From a virus (lineage: Duplodnaviria > Caudoviricetes): DNA of 49,448 nt. The stretch spans positions 1 to 49,448 of IMG/VR virus record IMGVR_UViG_3300043473_000195. One strand, written 5' to 3'. The translations under genes and the position numbers were made by a program. Below the pieces are notes generated by a model, which was not told where the DNA came from, ran no database searches, and saw only the letters and a program-made list of their open reading frames with translations. Position 1 is the stretch's first letter. Each line of letters begins with the position of its first letter. Below are positions 37,761 through 46,507 of this stretch, piece by piece.

Positions 37761-37997
37761 ATGGCCGAGAGAGACGACGACGTGCCCGTCAGGAAGATCG
37801 CACCCGGCGTGTCGGGCCTGCCGCCCAAGAAACCCAAGGGCGAGCCCAACGCTAAGATGGACGCCGACAGCCCATACGCGAGGTCGGGCACATACCGCGT
37901 CATGCCGGTGTGGCCAGAGTACAAAAAGGGCGGCAAGGTCCAGTCGACGCAGAACTTCTGCAAGGGCGGAAAGGTGCTCTCCACTCGCAGCTGGTAA
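37761..37997 (+). CDS. small basic protein, C-terminus paralogous to 37473..37733
   Basis: AAGGAG RBS; YKKGGKV, FCKGGKV. Confidence 0.65.
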   Translation: MAERDDDVPVRKIAPGVSGLPPKKPKGEPNAKMDADSPYARSGTYRVMPVWPEYKKGGKVQSTQNFCKGGKVLSTRSW

Positions 37998-38049
37998 CAT
38001 GCTACTACTTCGTCGAACGCTCACCCCCCGTGAGATAAGGGAGATTTAC

Positions 38050-38529
38050 ATGGCTCATCCCAACGATCCCCACGCCACCCAGTACCCCGCGCCGCCCGCT
38101 CACGATCCCCGTGCCGCCGAGAAGGCCGCCGAGATCGAGCGCAAGCGCGCCGCCGCCCACGCCAAGCTGGTCGCGGACCGCCACGAGGAGGACCGCAAGC
38201 TGGCCGAGAAGCGGCACGCCGAGGACGCCAAGACGCACGACAACGATGCCCGCGCCAAGCTGACCACGGCGCGTCATGTCGAGGACGCCAAGATTGCCGA
38301 CAAGCGGGCCAAGGAAGACGCCAAGCTGGCGGCTGGCACCATGTCGGTCGGCCCCGATCAGCACGTGCTGACCACCGCCGAGCAGGAGACCTGCGACGCG
38401 CTCTACGAGGAACTGAAGCCGCAGGCGACCGCAGCGGCGCGCGACTACGTCCTCAACCGCACGCCCGTCCTCTACCAAGAGGCGATGACCGCCAAGATCG
38501 ACGCCGACTGGCCGGTGCCCCCGGCCTAG
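38050..38529 (+). CDS. charged helical repeat protein
   Basis: AAGGGAG RBS; RH-x-ED-x-K repeats; C-terminal domain shared with next gene. Confidence 0.7.
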   Translation: MAHPNDPHATQYPAPPAHDPRAAEKAAEIERKRAAAHAKLVADRHEEDRKLAEKRHAEDAKTHDNDARAKLTTARHVEDAKIADKRAKEDAKLAAGTMSVGPDQHVLTTAEQETCDALYEELKPQATAAARDYVLNRTPVLYQEAMTAKIDADWPVPPA

Positions 38530-38538
38530 GAGGCGCCC

Positions 38539-38946
38539 GTGACTACCCAAGTCGAGGCGGCGCAGGACCTCTACAATAGGCTCAAGCCCGAGGCCATCCG
38601 GGCGGCGCGCAACTACGTGATGAACCGCACGCCGCACCACCTGATCGACGAGATGGCGCACATCATCGACAGCGACATCCCGCCGGTCGATGTGCCTACG
38701 ATCATCGACGCGCCGTTCATCAGCCAAGCCGCCGCGATCCTGTCGTGCACGCTGGGCAACTGGAACGGCGAGCCGACCTCCCGAGTGTACCAGTGGCGGG
38801 TCGATGGCGTTGTCGTCGGCACCAACCAAGCGACCTACACGCGGGTCGCTGGCGACGTCGGCAAGATGGCGGTCTGCAACATGGTGGCGACCAACGGGGT
38901 GGGTTCCTCTGCGCCCGTGGCGTCGAACCAGATCCTCGTTGCCTGA
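38539..38946 (+). CDS. Ig-like domain protein (virion decoration candidate)
   Basis: AGGAGG RBS; LSCTLGNWNGEP..YQWRVDG..TYT..DVGK..VATNGVG Ig-like pattern. Confidence 0.7.
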   Translation: MTTQVEAAQDLYNRLKPEAIRAARNYVMNRTPHHLIDEMAHIIDSDIPPVDVPTIIDAPFISQAAAILSCTLGNWNGEPTSRVYQWRVDGVVVGTNQATYTRVAGDVGKMAVCNMVATNGVGSSAPVASNQILVA

Positions 38947-39227
38947 TGGCCGACGACCGCCCTCCGCACCACACCACCGAGTACGACCGGGCCTACGAGC
39001 GCACGCCAGAGGTGCTGGCCAAGCAGCGTGCCCGGATGTACGCCCGCTACCACATGGTCAAGAAATACGGCGAGGCGGTCCTCAAGGGCAAGGACATCGA
39101 CCACGAAAAGCCGCTGGCGGCGGGCGGCGGGAACGATCCGTCGAACTGGCGGATCCGTGACGCGCACGACAACCGCGCCGACAAGACCGTCTTCAAGAAA
39201 CCGGGGTATCACCCGGTGAGGATCTGA
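38946..39227 (+). CDS. HNH endonuclease
   Basis: GKDIDHEKPLAAGGGNDPSNWRI...HDNR. Confidence 0.8.
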   Translation: MADDRPPHHTTEYDRAYERTPEVLAKQRARMYARYHMVKKYGEAVLKGKDIDHEKPLAAGGGNDPSNWRIRDAHDNRADKTVFKKPGYHPVRI

Positions 39228-39393
39228 TCCTAGCCTCGTCGGCGTTCAGCAGTTCGACGATGCGGTAGGCGAAGACCGCGTCGTCGCACCAGCACACCGT
39301 GACTTCGCCGGTCCGCATGATGGCGTAGCTGGTGACGGAACCGCCGTGGCCCGTGAGGCGGACACTGCGCTCCACTCGAAAAGGCGTGTCCAT
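39193..39393 (-). CDS. hypothetical protein
   Basis: MDTPFRVERS...; TGATG-coupled to the upstream gene. Confidence 0.5.
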   Translation of the reverse strand: MDTPFRVERSVRLTGHGGSVTSYAIMRTGEVTVCWCDDAVFAYRIVELLNADEARIRSSPGDTPVS

Positions 39394-39566
39394 CACAGCA
39401 TCCATCCCACGCCCAATAGGAACCCAACGGCCATTAGGAATACGAACACGACCGCCTTGTCGAACAGGCGTCGTCCCCACGTTTTACCGGCGCTGGTAAA
39501 AGGCGGGATCAGCCAGCCGCTGGCGACCCCCGTGTGCATGAAGGTCTTGGTCGAGATCTTCTGCAT
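39393..39566 (-). CDS. small membrane protein
   Basis: MQKISTK...AVVFVFLMAVGFLLGVGWML. Confidence 0.5.
   Translation of the reverse strand: MQKISTKTFMHTGVASGWLIPPFTSAGKTWGRRLFDKAVVFVFLMAVGFLLGVGWML
39484..39499. repeat. palindrome B (intragenic)
   Basis: TTACCGGCGCTGGTAA, read as F-T-S-A-G-K on the minus strand. Confidence 0.85.
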
Positions 39567-39574
39567 GGCCGGTC

Positions 39575-42565
39575 CTAGTTGAAGTTGAAGAAGTCGGGCA
39601 TCTGGCTGAGGTCGAACTCGATCAGCGTCTCGCGAGCCTGTCGGTACTCGGTGTGCAGGCCGAGCACGCTCTGCACCCGCTTGGCAGGCAGGGTCGAGAG
39701 GACTTGATCCAGCACCACGCCCTTCGAGACGCTGCGCTTGTCCTTCAGCCACGTCGAGAAATCGGCGACCGAGATCCTGAGCAGCAGATCGTCCTTCGCG
39801 GCATGCACCGAGATCTGACCCTGTATGCGCTGCGGGTTGGAGAACGTCCTGACCTGCCAGCCCTGCGGAGGCCGTGTCGGTTGGGTCCAGATCTTGTCGG
39901 TGATCACCGTCTGCTGGCGGCGTGCGTTGACATAGTCCCCGACCATGGTGGCGATACTGCCCGACTTGGTGATGTCGTTGGGTGAAGCCGTGCCCTTGAG
40001 CCGCATCTTGCGGAACTCGTGCACGAGAAAATTCGACAGAGCCTCGACATTGATTTTTGTCAAACCCAGCTGGTTGGCGTAGCCCGCGCCGAGCAACACC
40101 ACCGTCATGGTGGCAATCCAGAACCGCTCGTCCTGACGGGCGCCCAGCATCGACATGATCTTGTCGTTGGTCTCGACGACCTTCTTGCGGACGTCGTCGT
40201 AGTGCTGGCCAAGGTACTCAGCGTAGATCCTTCCGGGCTCGCCGTAGTTGAGATCGAGACTGCCGATCAGGGCCTGTGCGTGCGCGCCGCTGATCATGCC
40301 GGTGCCCGCGTCGTTGCGGCGGACCCGGAACTCGAAGACCCGGTACATGCCTGCCGTCGTCAGCTTGGTGTGCTCGGTGATGTAGTCGACCATCGAGTTG
40401 TTCGAGGCGGCGATCATCATGGTCGCGAACGAGGAGATCTTCTGCGACACCGACGAACGGCTGAGGCGACCCTTGGTCTTGCCCTGCCCCATCGCCAGCA
40501 CCGTGTTGACGAACTTCTGGGTCTGTTCCTCCAGCTTGAGTTCGTCGTAGAGGAACGGCAGGTGGCGCAGCAGGCCCAGTCTCGTGTTCACGTAGTTGGC
40601 CGTGTCGTCCAGTCCGGCCATGGTACTCGTCGGCTCGCTCCATACCGCTTGGGAAACACGCATCGCCGTCGACTTGCCGATGCCGGTCTCGGGCGAGAAG
40701 GCGCTCATGACGAAGCCCGAGTGCCCGGTATGGAACACCAAGGGGGCACCGAAGGACGCCGCGATGATCGCGTCGAGTTCGGGCCGGTCCTGCTCGGTGA
40801 TCAGCCGCGCCGCTGCCTTCCAGATCTCCAGCGATCCTCGCGGGTGGTACAGCTGGGCGACCACTTGGTCGGGCGGCACGACCGGCGTGTTGCCATTGCA
40901 GTTGAAGCGGGTGCGCGCATAGACGAACGCGTTGTCGGACCAGCCGTAGCTCTCGCTCGGCACGGCAGCGAGCTTGTGGGCACGAAGCTCTTCAAGGAAC
41001 GAGTGCATGAACCTCCTGAAGGACCGCACCCAGTGGTCGCCTATCGGCAGGCCCTGCTCGGACGCGCGGGCGGTCATCTTGCGCGCGTCGGAGAAGTCGG
41101 TGTGAAGCAGCTGGATGTCGCGGAAGTCTTGGTGGCTCAACTCGGTACGAAAATTAAGGCCGTCTGCACCCGTGCCCTGCACCGAGCGCTGCGGCCAGAT
41201 GTCGAAGATCGGGTAGCCGAAGACCTTCACCTTGTGAACGATGTTTGGATCCTCGGGGTCGGGCTCGTCGATGTAGATGTAGCTGTCGGCGTCGTAGCTG
41301 TAGAGCGGCGGCAGCGGGAAGCTCGGCGTGACGAATTTACCGGCGCCGGTAACGGGCGCAGGCTGTGGAGAGGCCTGCGGAGGAGCCGCCTGCTGCAGCT
41401 GGGTCACCGCGAAATTCAGCGGAGATTTCCCCTTGGCCCGGTGTGGACAAGTGCTGCACTGCTTGGCCCCCATTTTCCAAATCGTGTCGCACTGGGGCCA
41501 GCCGTACTTGCCGGTGCCGTGGTCGCGCTCGATCAGGCCGTACTTTTCTTCGGTCGCGGTCGGGGAGTAGTCGGCGTGCCCGCTGCTGAGTTTGTAGGCC
41601 GTGGCGAGGCCGTCGTCGCAGTAGTAGGCGACCTTCAGCGCCTCGCGCCAGACCGGCTCGGGCTGGTCCTTGCCACCGGTAGCAAGCGTGTCTCGGATGA
41701 AGGGACAGGCAGCGGCCACCTCGTCCACCGTGGCGGCGGGCGGCGTGAAGATCGAGAACTCCTTGGGGTCGAAAGGTATGGGTGCCCGAGCCTCGAAATT
41801 TGGCCCTAGGATGCTCTGGCCGGGGAGCCTAGGCGGAGTAGCCGCCGCCCGCAGGACATGCGCTGGCGGGGCTGCGTAGGCCGCCAGCGGGTCCTCCAGC
41901 GCCCGACGGGAGTGCACGAGGCCGGTGTGCGCCAACCAGACCGGCTTGACCGGGTTGGTCTTGCAGTTGACCGTGTCCGGCACCCGGAGAAGACGTGCGC
42001 TGTCGATGGATACGCCGGTATCCACCGGGCTGAACTTGAGCAGCTTGATCGCGTTCACGAGGGCGTGAGCGAGCCGTGACCACTCAGTCAGGTCGAGCGG
42101 TTCCTCCAGCACCCAGTGGACGTGGAAGCCGCCCGAGCCCGACATCACCACGAAGGTCGGCAGGGGGAGACCTGCCTTGCGGCGGAACTCACCGAACGCC
42201 TTGAGCGCATCCTCGGTGGTGGCGAACCCGCCCGCCTTGACGTCTACGTCAATCCAGATCGAGCGCAGGCAAGCGACGTTGGCGTTGCTGCGGACCGCGC
42301 CCCAGTAGGGGCGACCCTTGCGGTCGGTCTTGGCCTTGGCCGCGTGCTGGGCCGACATGCAGACGTAGACGTCGACCGGGTCGTTGGTCAGCTTCCACGC
42401 GATGTGGCGCGCGGCCTGCTCAAGGTCTCTGAAGGCCTGTCCGCCGACGAACCTCTTGCCCTGCCGGTTGGTGAACGTGCTGTGGATGTTGATCCACCAG
42501 TCATCGTTCACCCCCGGCCAAGGGACCGCACGAGCAAGGAACTTACGAGCGTCGTCGTATGCCAA
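39575..42565 (-). CDS. primase-helicase (AEP/RepB-like primase, Cys cluster, DUF927 helicase)
   Basis: WIDVD, SGSGGFHVHW, RLLRVPDTVN; CPFI..WPQC..CSTCPH; YGW; SPETGIGKST; YDE. Confidence 0.85.
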   Translation of the reverse strand: MAYDDARKFLARAVPWPGVNDDWWINIHSTFTNRQGKRFVGGQAFRDLEQAARHIAWKLTNDPVDVYVCMSAQHAAKAKTDRKGRPYWGAVRSNANVACLRSIWIDVDVKAGGFATTEDALKAFGEFRRKAGLPLPTFVVMSGSGGFHVHWVLEEPLDLTEWSRLAHALVNAIKLLKFSPVDTGVSIDSARLLRVPDTVNCKTNPVKPVWLAHTGLVHSRRALEDPLAAYAAPPAHVLRAAATPPRLPGQSILGPNFEARAPIPFDPKEFSIFTPPAATVDEVAAACPFIRDTLATGGKDQPEPVWREALKVAYYCDDGLATAYKLSSGHADYSPTATEEKYGLIERDHGTGKYGWPQCDTIWKMGAKQCSTCPHRAKGKSPLNFAVTQLQQAAPPQASPQPAPVTGAGKFVTPSFPLPPLYSYDADSYIYIDEPDPEDPNIVHKVKVFGYPIFDIWPQRSVQGTGADGLNFRTELSHQDFRDIQLLHTDFSDARKMTARASEQGLPIGDHWVRSFRRFMHSFLEELRAHKLAAVPSESYGWSDNAFVYARTRFNCNGNTPVVPPDQVVAQLYHPRGSLEIWKAAARLITEQDRPELDAIIAASFGAPLVFHTGHSGFVMSAFSPETGIGKSTAMRVSQAVWSEPTSTMAGLDDTANYVNTRLGLLRHLPFLYDELKLEEQTQKFVNTVLAMGQGKTKGRLSRSSVSQKISSFATMMIAASNNSMVDYITEHTKLTTAGMYRVFEFRVRRNDAGTGMISGAHAQALIGSLDLNYGEPGRIYAEYLGQHYDDVRKKVVETNDKIMSMLGARQDERFWIATMTVVLLGAGYANQLGLTKINVEALSNFLVHEFRKMRLKGTASPNDITKSGSIATMVGDYVNARRQQTVITDKIWTQPTRPPQGWQVRTFSNPQRIQGQISVHAAKDDLLLRISVADFSTWLKDKRSVSKGVVLDQVLSTLPAKRVQSVLGLHTEYRQARETLIEFDLSQMPDFFNFN
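41337..41352. repeat. palindrome B (intragenic, fully symmetric)
   Basis: TTACCGGCGCCGGTAA in the primase-helicase linker. Confidence 0.85.
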
Positions 42566-42619
42566 GGCTCACCCCCCGATGAGCCCGATGAGGCTGGATC
42601 TGGCCAGCCCCACCGGGGG

Positions 42620-43852
42620 CTACAGCAGGTTACCGATCAGGGCGCCGATCTTTTCTCCGACCTCGGGGTCGACCGCGTGGCCATTACCAGCGGCGGTAAC
42701 GGGTGGCGGGGTTGGCGTCGGGGTTGGCACGGGTGCAGGCGTAGGCGTGGGTGTCGCCGCAGCGGTGGCAGCGGCGCTGTCGGTTGGCGTCGGGGTGACC
42801 GCAGGCGTGCGCGCCTTGGTCTGACGCTTGGGCTTCTCGGGAACGGTCGCGGCCTTGGCGGCGGCGAGCGCCGCTTCAAGCTCGGCGATCTTCTGCTGCT
42901 CAGGCGTGAGCGGCGTCGGCGTGGCGGCGGCGGCAGCGACCGGCGGCGTGGGCGGCGGCGGCACCATCCCACCACCGGTCATCGTCATCGGCGTCGGCGT
43001 CGGCGTCGGCGGCGGGGTCGTGACGGTCGGTCCCGGCACCGGCTGCGGCACCTCGGTACTGGTCTGCGCCACCTCTTCCGGTTGGTCGTAGCCCTCGGCA
43101 CCTTCGACGGCGGAGTTCAGGATGCGATCCGACAGCGGGTCGCTCTCGACCTCCAGCACCTGCCGCGCCTCAAGGTCACTCAGCTGGCGGATGGCGTCGA
43201 ACTCGAACAGCGGGTACGCGGCGGTGGCGTCGAACGTGACGCGGGTCCACACCTCGTTGAAGTTGAACCCGGCGAGCGCGAGCTTCTGCTTGTAGGGGCC
43301 GAGTTTCTTCAGCGACGTCGGCGGCACCTGCATCAGCATCGGGCCGCCGTAGGCCTTGTTGGTGATGTCGCCCACCGGCACGACAACCAGCCGCTTGTGG
43401 TCGGTGCAGGCCTTGCCCTTGCCCGCGACACCGCCGTCCTTCATGGCGGAGCCCCACGCGTTGTTCTTGCAGCCCGCGCAGGTCGGGGACTGTTTCTTGG
43501 GCGCACCGACGTCGGGCACGATGCCGTTCGACGAGAAGCAATCGGGCGGCGTGATGTCGCCCTCTTGGTACTTGCCCTCGTACCAGTACTTCGACGGGTG
43601 CTCGGCAGCGTTGACGATCACGATGTCGAGGTTGGGGCTCGGGCCGTCGTCGCGGTTCTGCGCGTCGAAGCGGCGCAGCATCTGGGTGTTGCCCTGATAC
43701 TTGATGCCCCACTTCGCACCCTTGTAGGTGATCTTGGCGAAGCCAGCGCCGATGCCCGCGTCGATGGCGTCGGCATTGACCTTGGACTGATCGAAGACTT
43801 TGGAGCGGACAGCAGCCGCTCCGGTTTTGAAGATCGTAAGTTCACCGCTCAT
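42620..43852 (-). CDS. putative ssDNA-binding / annealing protein with Zn-binding Cys and Pro/Thr-rich tail
   Basis: PPDCFSSNG..CAGCKNNAWGS..GKAC..VPPTSLK; position in replication module. Confidence 0.6.
   Translation of the reverse strand: MSGELTIFKTGAAAVRSKVFDQSKVNADAIDAGIGAGFAKITYKGAKWGIKYQGNTQMLRRFDAQNRDDGPSPNLDIVIVNAAEHPSKYWYEGKYQEGDITPPDCFSSNGIVPDVGAPKKQSPTCAGCKNNAWGSAMKDGGVAGKGKACTDHKRLVVVPVGDITNKAYGGPMLMQVPPTSLKKLGPYKQKLALAGFNFNEVWTRVTFDATAAYPLFEFDAIRQLSDLEARQVLEVESDPLSDRILNSAVEGAEGYDQPEEVAQTSTEVPQPVPGPTVTTPPPTPTPTPMTMTGGGMVPPPPTPPVAAAAATPTPLTPEQQKIAELEAALAAAKAATVPEKPKRQTKARTPAVTPTPTDSAAATAAATPTPTPAPVPTPTPTPPPVTAAGNGHAVDPEVGEKIGALIGNLL
42684..42699. repeat. palindrome B (intragenic)
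   Basis: TTACCAGCGGCGGTAA, read as V-T-A-A-G-N on the minus strand. Confidence 0.85.
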
Positions 43853-43879
43853 AGGACACCTGTGTTGACGTAGCCGATT

Positions 43880-44269
43880 TCATTTGCGCTGGATGCCGAC
43901 CGAGACGAAGGTCGAAAAGTTGACGCCCGGAGGCAGGTTGCCACCGTTCGTCGGATCTTTGACGTAGTCCTCGACGGCTTCGACATTAGCAGAGAAGTCT
44001 GCCATGTCAAAGTTTTTACTTGAAATAATGAACTCACGGAACATACCGCGATCAGCGATGGTGGCGCTGCGTTTCGTCTTGAGGAAGGCAGTGCCGTCCT
44101 TGCACGCAAGATTTTGCAGGTTGTTCTGCTGCAGATACCCCTGAAGGTATGTCTCGATTTCGTTCATCGCCGTATTATATTTCTCCAAGACCTTTTTATG
44201 GTCATCGGCCAGCGATTTCTTTTTGTCGCGCAGCGCGATGTAGTTGGTGATCATTTCCTCTAGCGTCAT
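43880..44269 (-). CDS. replication-module protein of unknown function (coiled coil, LPPGV C-terminus)
   Basis: YIALRDKK...GTAF...LPPGVN; AGGAG RBS. Confidence 0.7.
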   Translation of the reverse strand: MTLEEMITNYIALRDKKKSLADDHKKVLEKYNTAMNEIETYLQGYLQQNNLQNLACKDGTAFLKTKRSATIADRGMFREFIISSKNFDMADFSANVEAVEDYVKDPTNGGNLPPGVNFSTFVSVGIQRK

Positions 44270-45696
44270 GACGTCTCCTGTGTACGACTTTCCTCTTCGA
44301 GCAGTTTGAGCAGGTCTTCCTGCACGTTGAGCTTGTTGATCAACAGCTTGTAGATATGGCGTTCAACCGGTGTCGCCTGCAGATGAAGGAACAGCTGCTT
44401 GTGCATCTGTCCCACTCGTCGGATGCGGGCGTTGGCCTGTGAGTAGATCTCGCTCGACGTGATCGGCGCGAACCACACGATGGTGTCGGCGGCGGTCAGG
44501 GTTATGCCGTGCGCGACGCACTGCGGATGGGCGGGCAGCACCTTCAGGTCGGTCGTGTTCTGGAACGTCCTGAAGATCCGGTCGCGTTCCAAGGGGCTGG
44601 TATCCCCAGACACCGGCTCGTTGGAAATACCAGCGGCGGTAAGAGCCTCGCTGACCCCGGCGAGCGCGTGCTTGAACGGCACGAAGACGATCACCTTGCG
44701 CTCGGCGGAGGCCACCACGTCGACCAGCGAGCGGATGCGATCCTCGCCATCCAGCTGGGCGATCTTGCCGTCGTTGAGGTAGACCCAGCCGAGGCTGATC
44801 TGCAGCAGCTTGGACATGACCGCGCCCGCGTTGGCGGCCTGTACTTCTCCCGCCTGCAGCATGGCGTAGCTGGCCTTGCGGACTTCGTTGTAGATCTTCA
44901 TCTGCTTGGCGCCGAGCGGCACGTCCTGAACCCGGCTGATGAACGGCGGGAGTTCCATCACGTCGTCCAGCGTGTACCTGACGTTGGGCCGCAGCGCCTG
45001 CATCGCCGTCGTCGTGGCGTTGCGCTTGGGCACCCACTTGAACTGGTTGATCTTGACCATCGTCATGTCGCGGAAGGTGCCAAAGTATTTCGGGACGGTG
45101 TGCGGCGTCACGATCTTGGCCTGCTGGAACACGTCGGTCGGCGAGTTGGGCGTCGGCGCTCCGGTCATGCCCCATACCGTCGGCTTCTGCCGCGAGATGT
45201 GCTCGGCGATCCGGGTGCGCTTGGAGCGGTTGCGATAGACGGCAAGCTCGTCCAGCACCAGCACGTCGATGTCCTTGCGCTCGATGATCTCCTTCTCCAA
45301 GAGCGCCAGCCCGTCGTGGTTGATGATGTAGATGTCGGCGGGCTCGGCCAGCAGGAGGCGGCGCCTGTCCAGCGATCCATGCAGCACCACCGACTTGAGG
45401 TGCGGCGTGGTCTGGAAGATCTCGCGCAACCACGTGAACCGCAGCGTCGAGAGAGGAGCGACCACCAGCATCCGCTTGGCCGCGCCAGTCCGCTTCAGGT
45501 AGTCGAACGCCCAGCACGCGCACTTGGTCTTGCCGGTGCCCATCGAGGACAGCACATAGGCACGCGGGTTCTCGGTCAGCATCTCGACGGTCCGCAGCTG
45601 GATGTCGAACGGCGTGCCGCCGCAGAAGTCGTAGCCGCTGCTGGTGATGCGCGGGTGCTTGATCGCGCCGAACTCACGGAGACTGGTGTCAGGCAT
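44266..45696 (-). CDS. SNF2-family helicase
   Basis: SMGTGKT, VVAPLS, LVLDE, MTGAP, HGITLTAA, QANARIRRVGQ; start MPDTSL overlaps the upstream stop. Confidence 0.9.
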   Translation of the reverse strand: MPDTSLREFGAIKHPRITSSGYDFCGGTPFDIQLRTVEMLTENPRAYVLSSMGTGKTKCACWAFDYLKRTGAAKRMLVVAPLSTLRFTWLREIFQTTPHLKSVVLHGSLDRRRLLLAEPADIYIINHDGLALLEKEIIERKDIDVLVLDELAVYRNRSKRTRIAEHISRQKPTVWGMTGAPTPNSPTDVFQQAKIVTPHTVPKYFGTFRDMTMVKINQFKWVPKRNATTTAMQALRPNVRYTLDDVMELPPFISRVQDVPLGAKQMKIYNEVRKASYAMLQAGEVQAANAGAVMSKLLQISLGWVYLNDGKIAQLDGEDRIRSLVDVVASAERKVIVFVPFKHALAGVSEALTAAGISNEPVSGDTSPLERDRIFRTFQNTTDLKVLPAHPQCVAHGITLTAADTIVWFAPITSSEIYSQANARIRRVGQMHKQLFLHLQATPVERHIYKLLINKLNVQEDLLKLLEEESRTQETS

Positions 45697-45991
45697 TGAT
45701 CGCCGTCTTGTCTGGATGGCCTTCGATGTAGGCAAGCCAGCTTGCCTCGTAGATCGTGCCGTTGCTGCCGTTACCGTAGCTGGTAATTGCCGCCACCACC
45801 GAAGGCTCCGCCTTGATGCGGGTGACATACGGCAGGCTGACCCCCAGTACCTTGGCGATCCAGCTGCGCTTGCGCGTGTCCATCCAGATTGCGCGGATCA
45901 CCCGGTCGGCCCGTTTAGGATAGCGGACCCGAGCGGGTGGCCGGGGTGGGAGAGGCTGGCCGCAGAGGCGGCAGGTACGGCGGGCTGGCAT
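45689..45991 (-). CDS. small protein with CxxC and HTH-like segment
   Basis: CRLCG; RSWIAKVLGVSLPYVTRI resembles an HTH. Confidence 0.5.
   Translation of the reverse strand: MPARRTCRLCGQPLPPRPPARVRYPKRADRVIRAIWMDTRKRSWIAKVLGVSLPYVTRIKAEPSVVAAITSYGNGSNGTIYEASWLAYIEGHPDKTAINA
45771..45786. repeat. palindrome B (intragenic)
   Basis: TTACCGTAGCTGGTAA, read as I-T-S-Y-G-N on the minus strand. Confidence 0.85.
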
Positions 45992-46290
45992 CGTTCAACC
46001 CACGCCTTGAACGCGTCGAGCCCTGCGGGGCCGCTGATGATGAAGACCTTGCCGCCCGCCCGCAGGATGGCGACCGCAGTCTTGCGCTGGCGTGGCGTCA
46101 GCCACTGCCCCGGTGCCTTGGCTTCTATCGCCACGAAGTGTCCAGAGATGCAACATGTGAAGTCGAGACCCGGTTTGCCAAAGCCGGATGGGACCGGCAT
46201 TTCGTAGTACAAGTCTACAGGACTATGAAGGGAATGTAAAGTAAAAAGATACCTCTTGATCAAACTTTTTATACGACCTTCCGGCGTCAC
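45898..46290 (-). CDS. VRR-NUC domain nuclease (resolvase-like)
   Basis: TPEGRIK..MPVPSGFGKPGLDF..GHFVAIEAKAPG..TPRQ..AGGKVFI. Confidence 0.85.
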   Translation of the reverse strand: MTPEGRIKSLIKRYLFTLHSLHSPVDLYYEMPVPSGFGKPGLDFTCCISGHFVAIEAKAPGQWLTPRQRKTAVAILRAGGKVFIISGPAGLDAFKAWVERCQPAVPAASAASLSHPGHPLGSAILNGPTG

Positions 46291-46448
46291 GGGACGAGTT
46301 CCCAGCGCCAGTTTTTCTTCTCGCAGTACTCGATGATCTGCTGCGCCGTCCATCCCACCATGTAGCCGAGGATCGGTGCGCGCCTTCCGGCGCGTCCTGC
46401 GGTGATGATCACGCCAGCTGTAAAATGCGGTGCGAGGATCCTGATCAT
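46287..46448 (-). CDS. small hypothetical phage protein
   Basis: MIRILAPHFTAGVII...APILGYMVGW...YCEKKNWRWE; GTGA-coupled to VRR-NUC. Confidence 0.55.
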   Translation of the reverse strand: MIRILAPHFTAGVIITAGRAGRRAPILGYMVGWTAQQIIEYCEKKNWRWELVP

Positions 46449-46507
46449 GGTTTCGCATTTCCAAAATTTTGTGGGGCTAAAAAATCCAAAATGCTCCTAC
46501 TTGACGT

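Noticed and set aside
29223-41352. VTGAGK peptides as Walker A motifs
   Set aside because: They lack GxxxxGK[ST] context, lie in linkers, and are by-products of palindrome B, which is also read in another frame.
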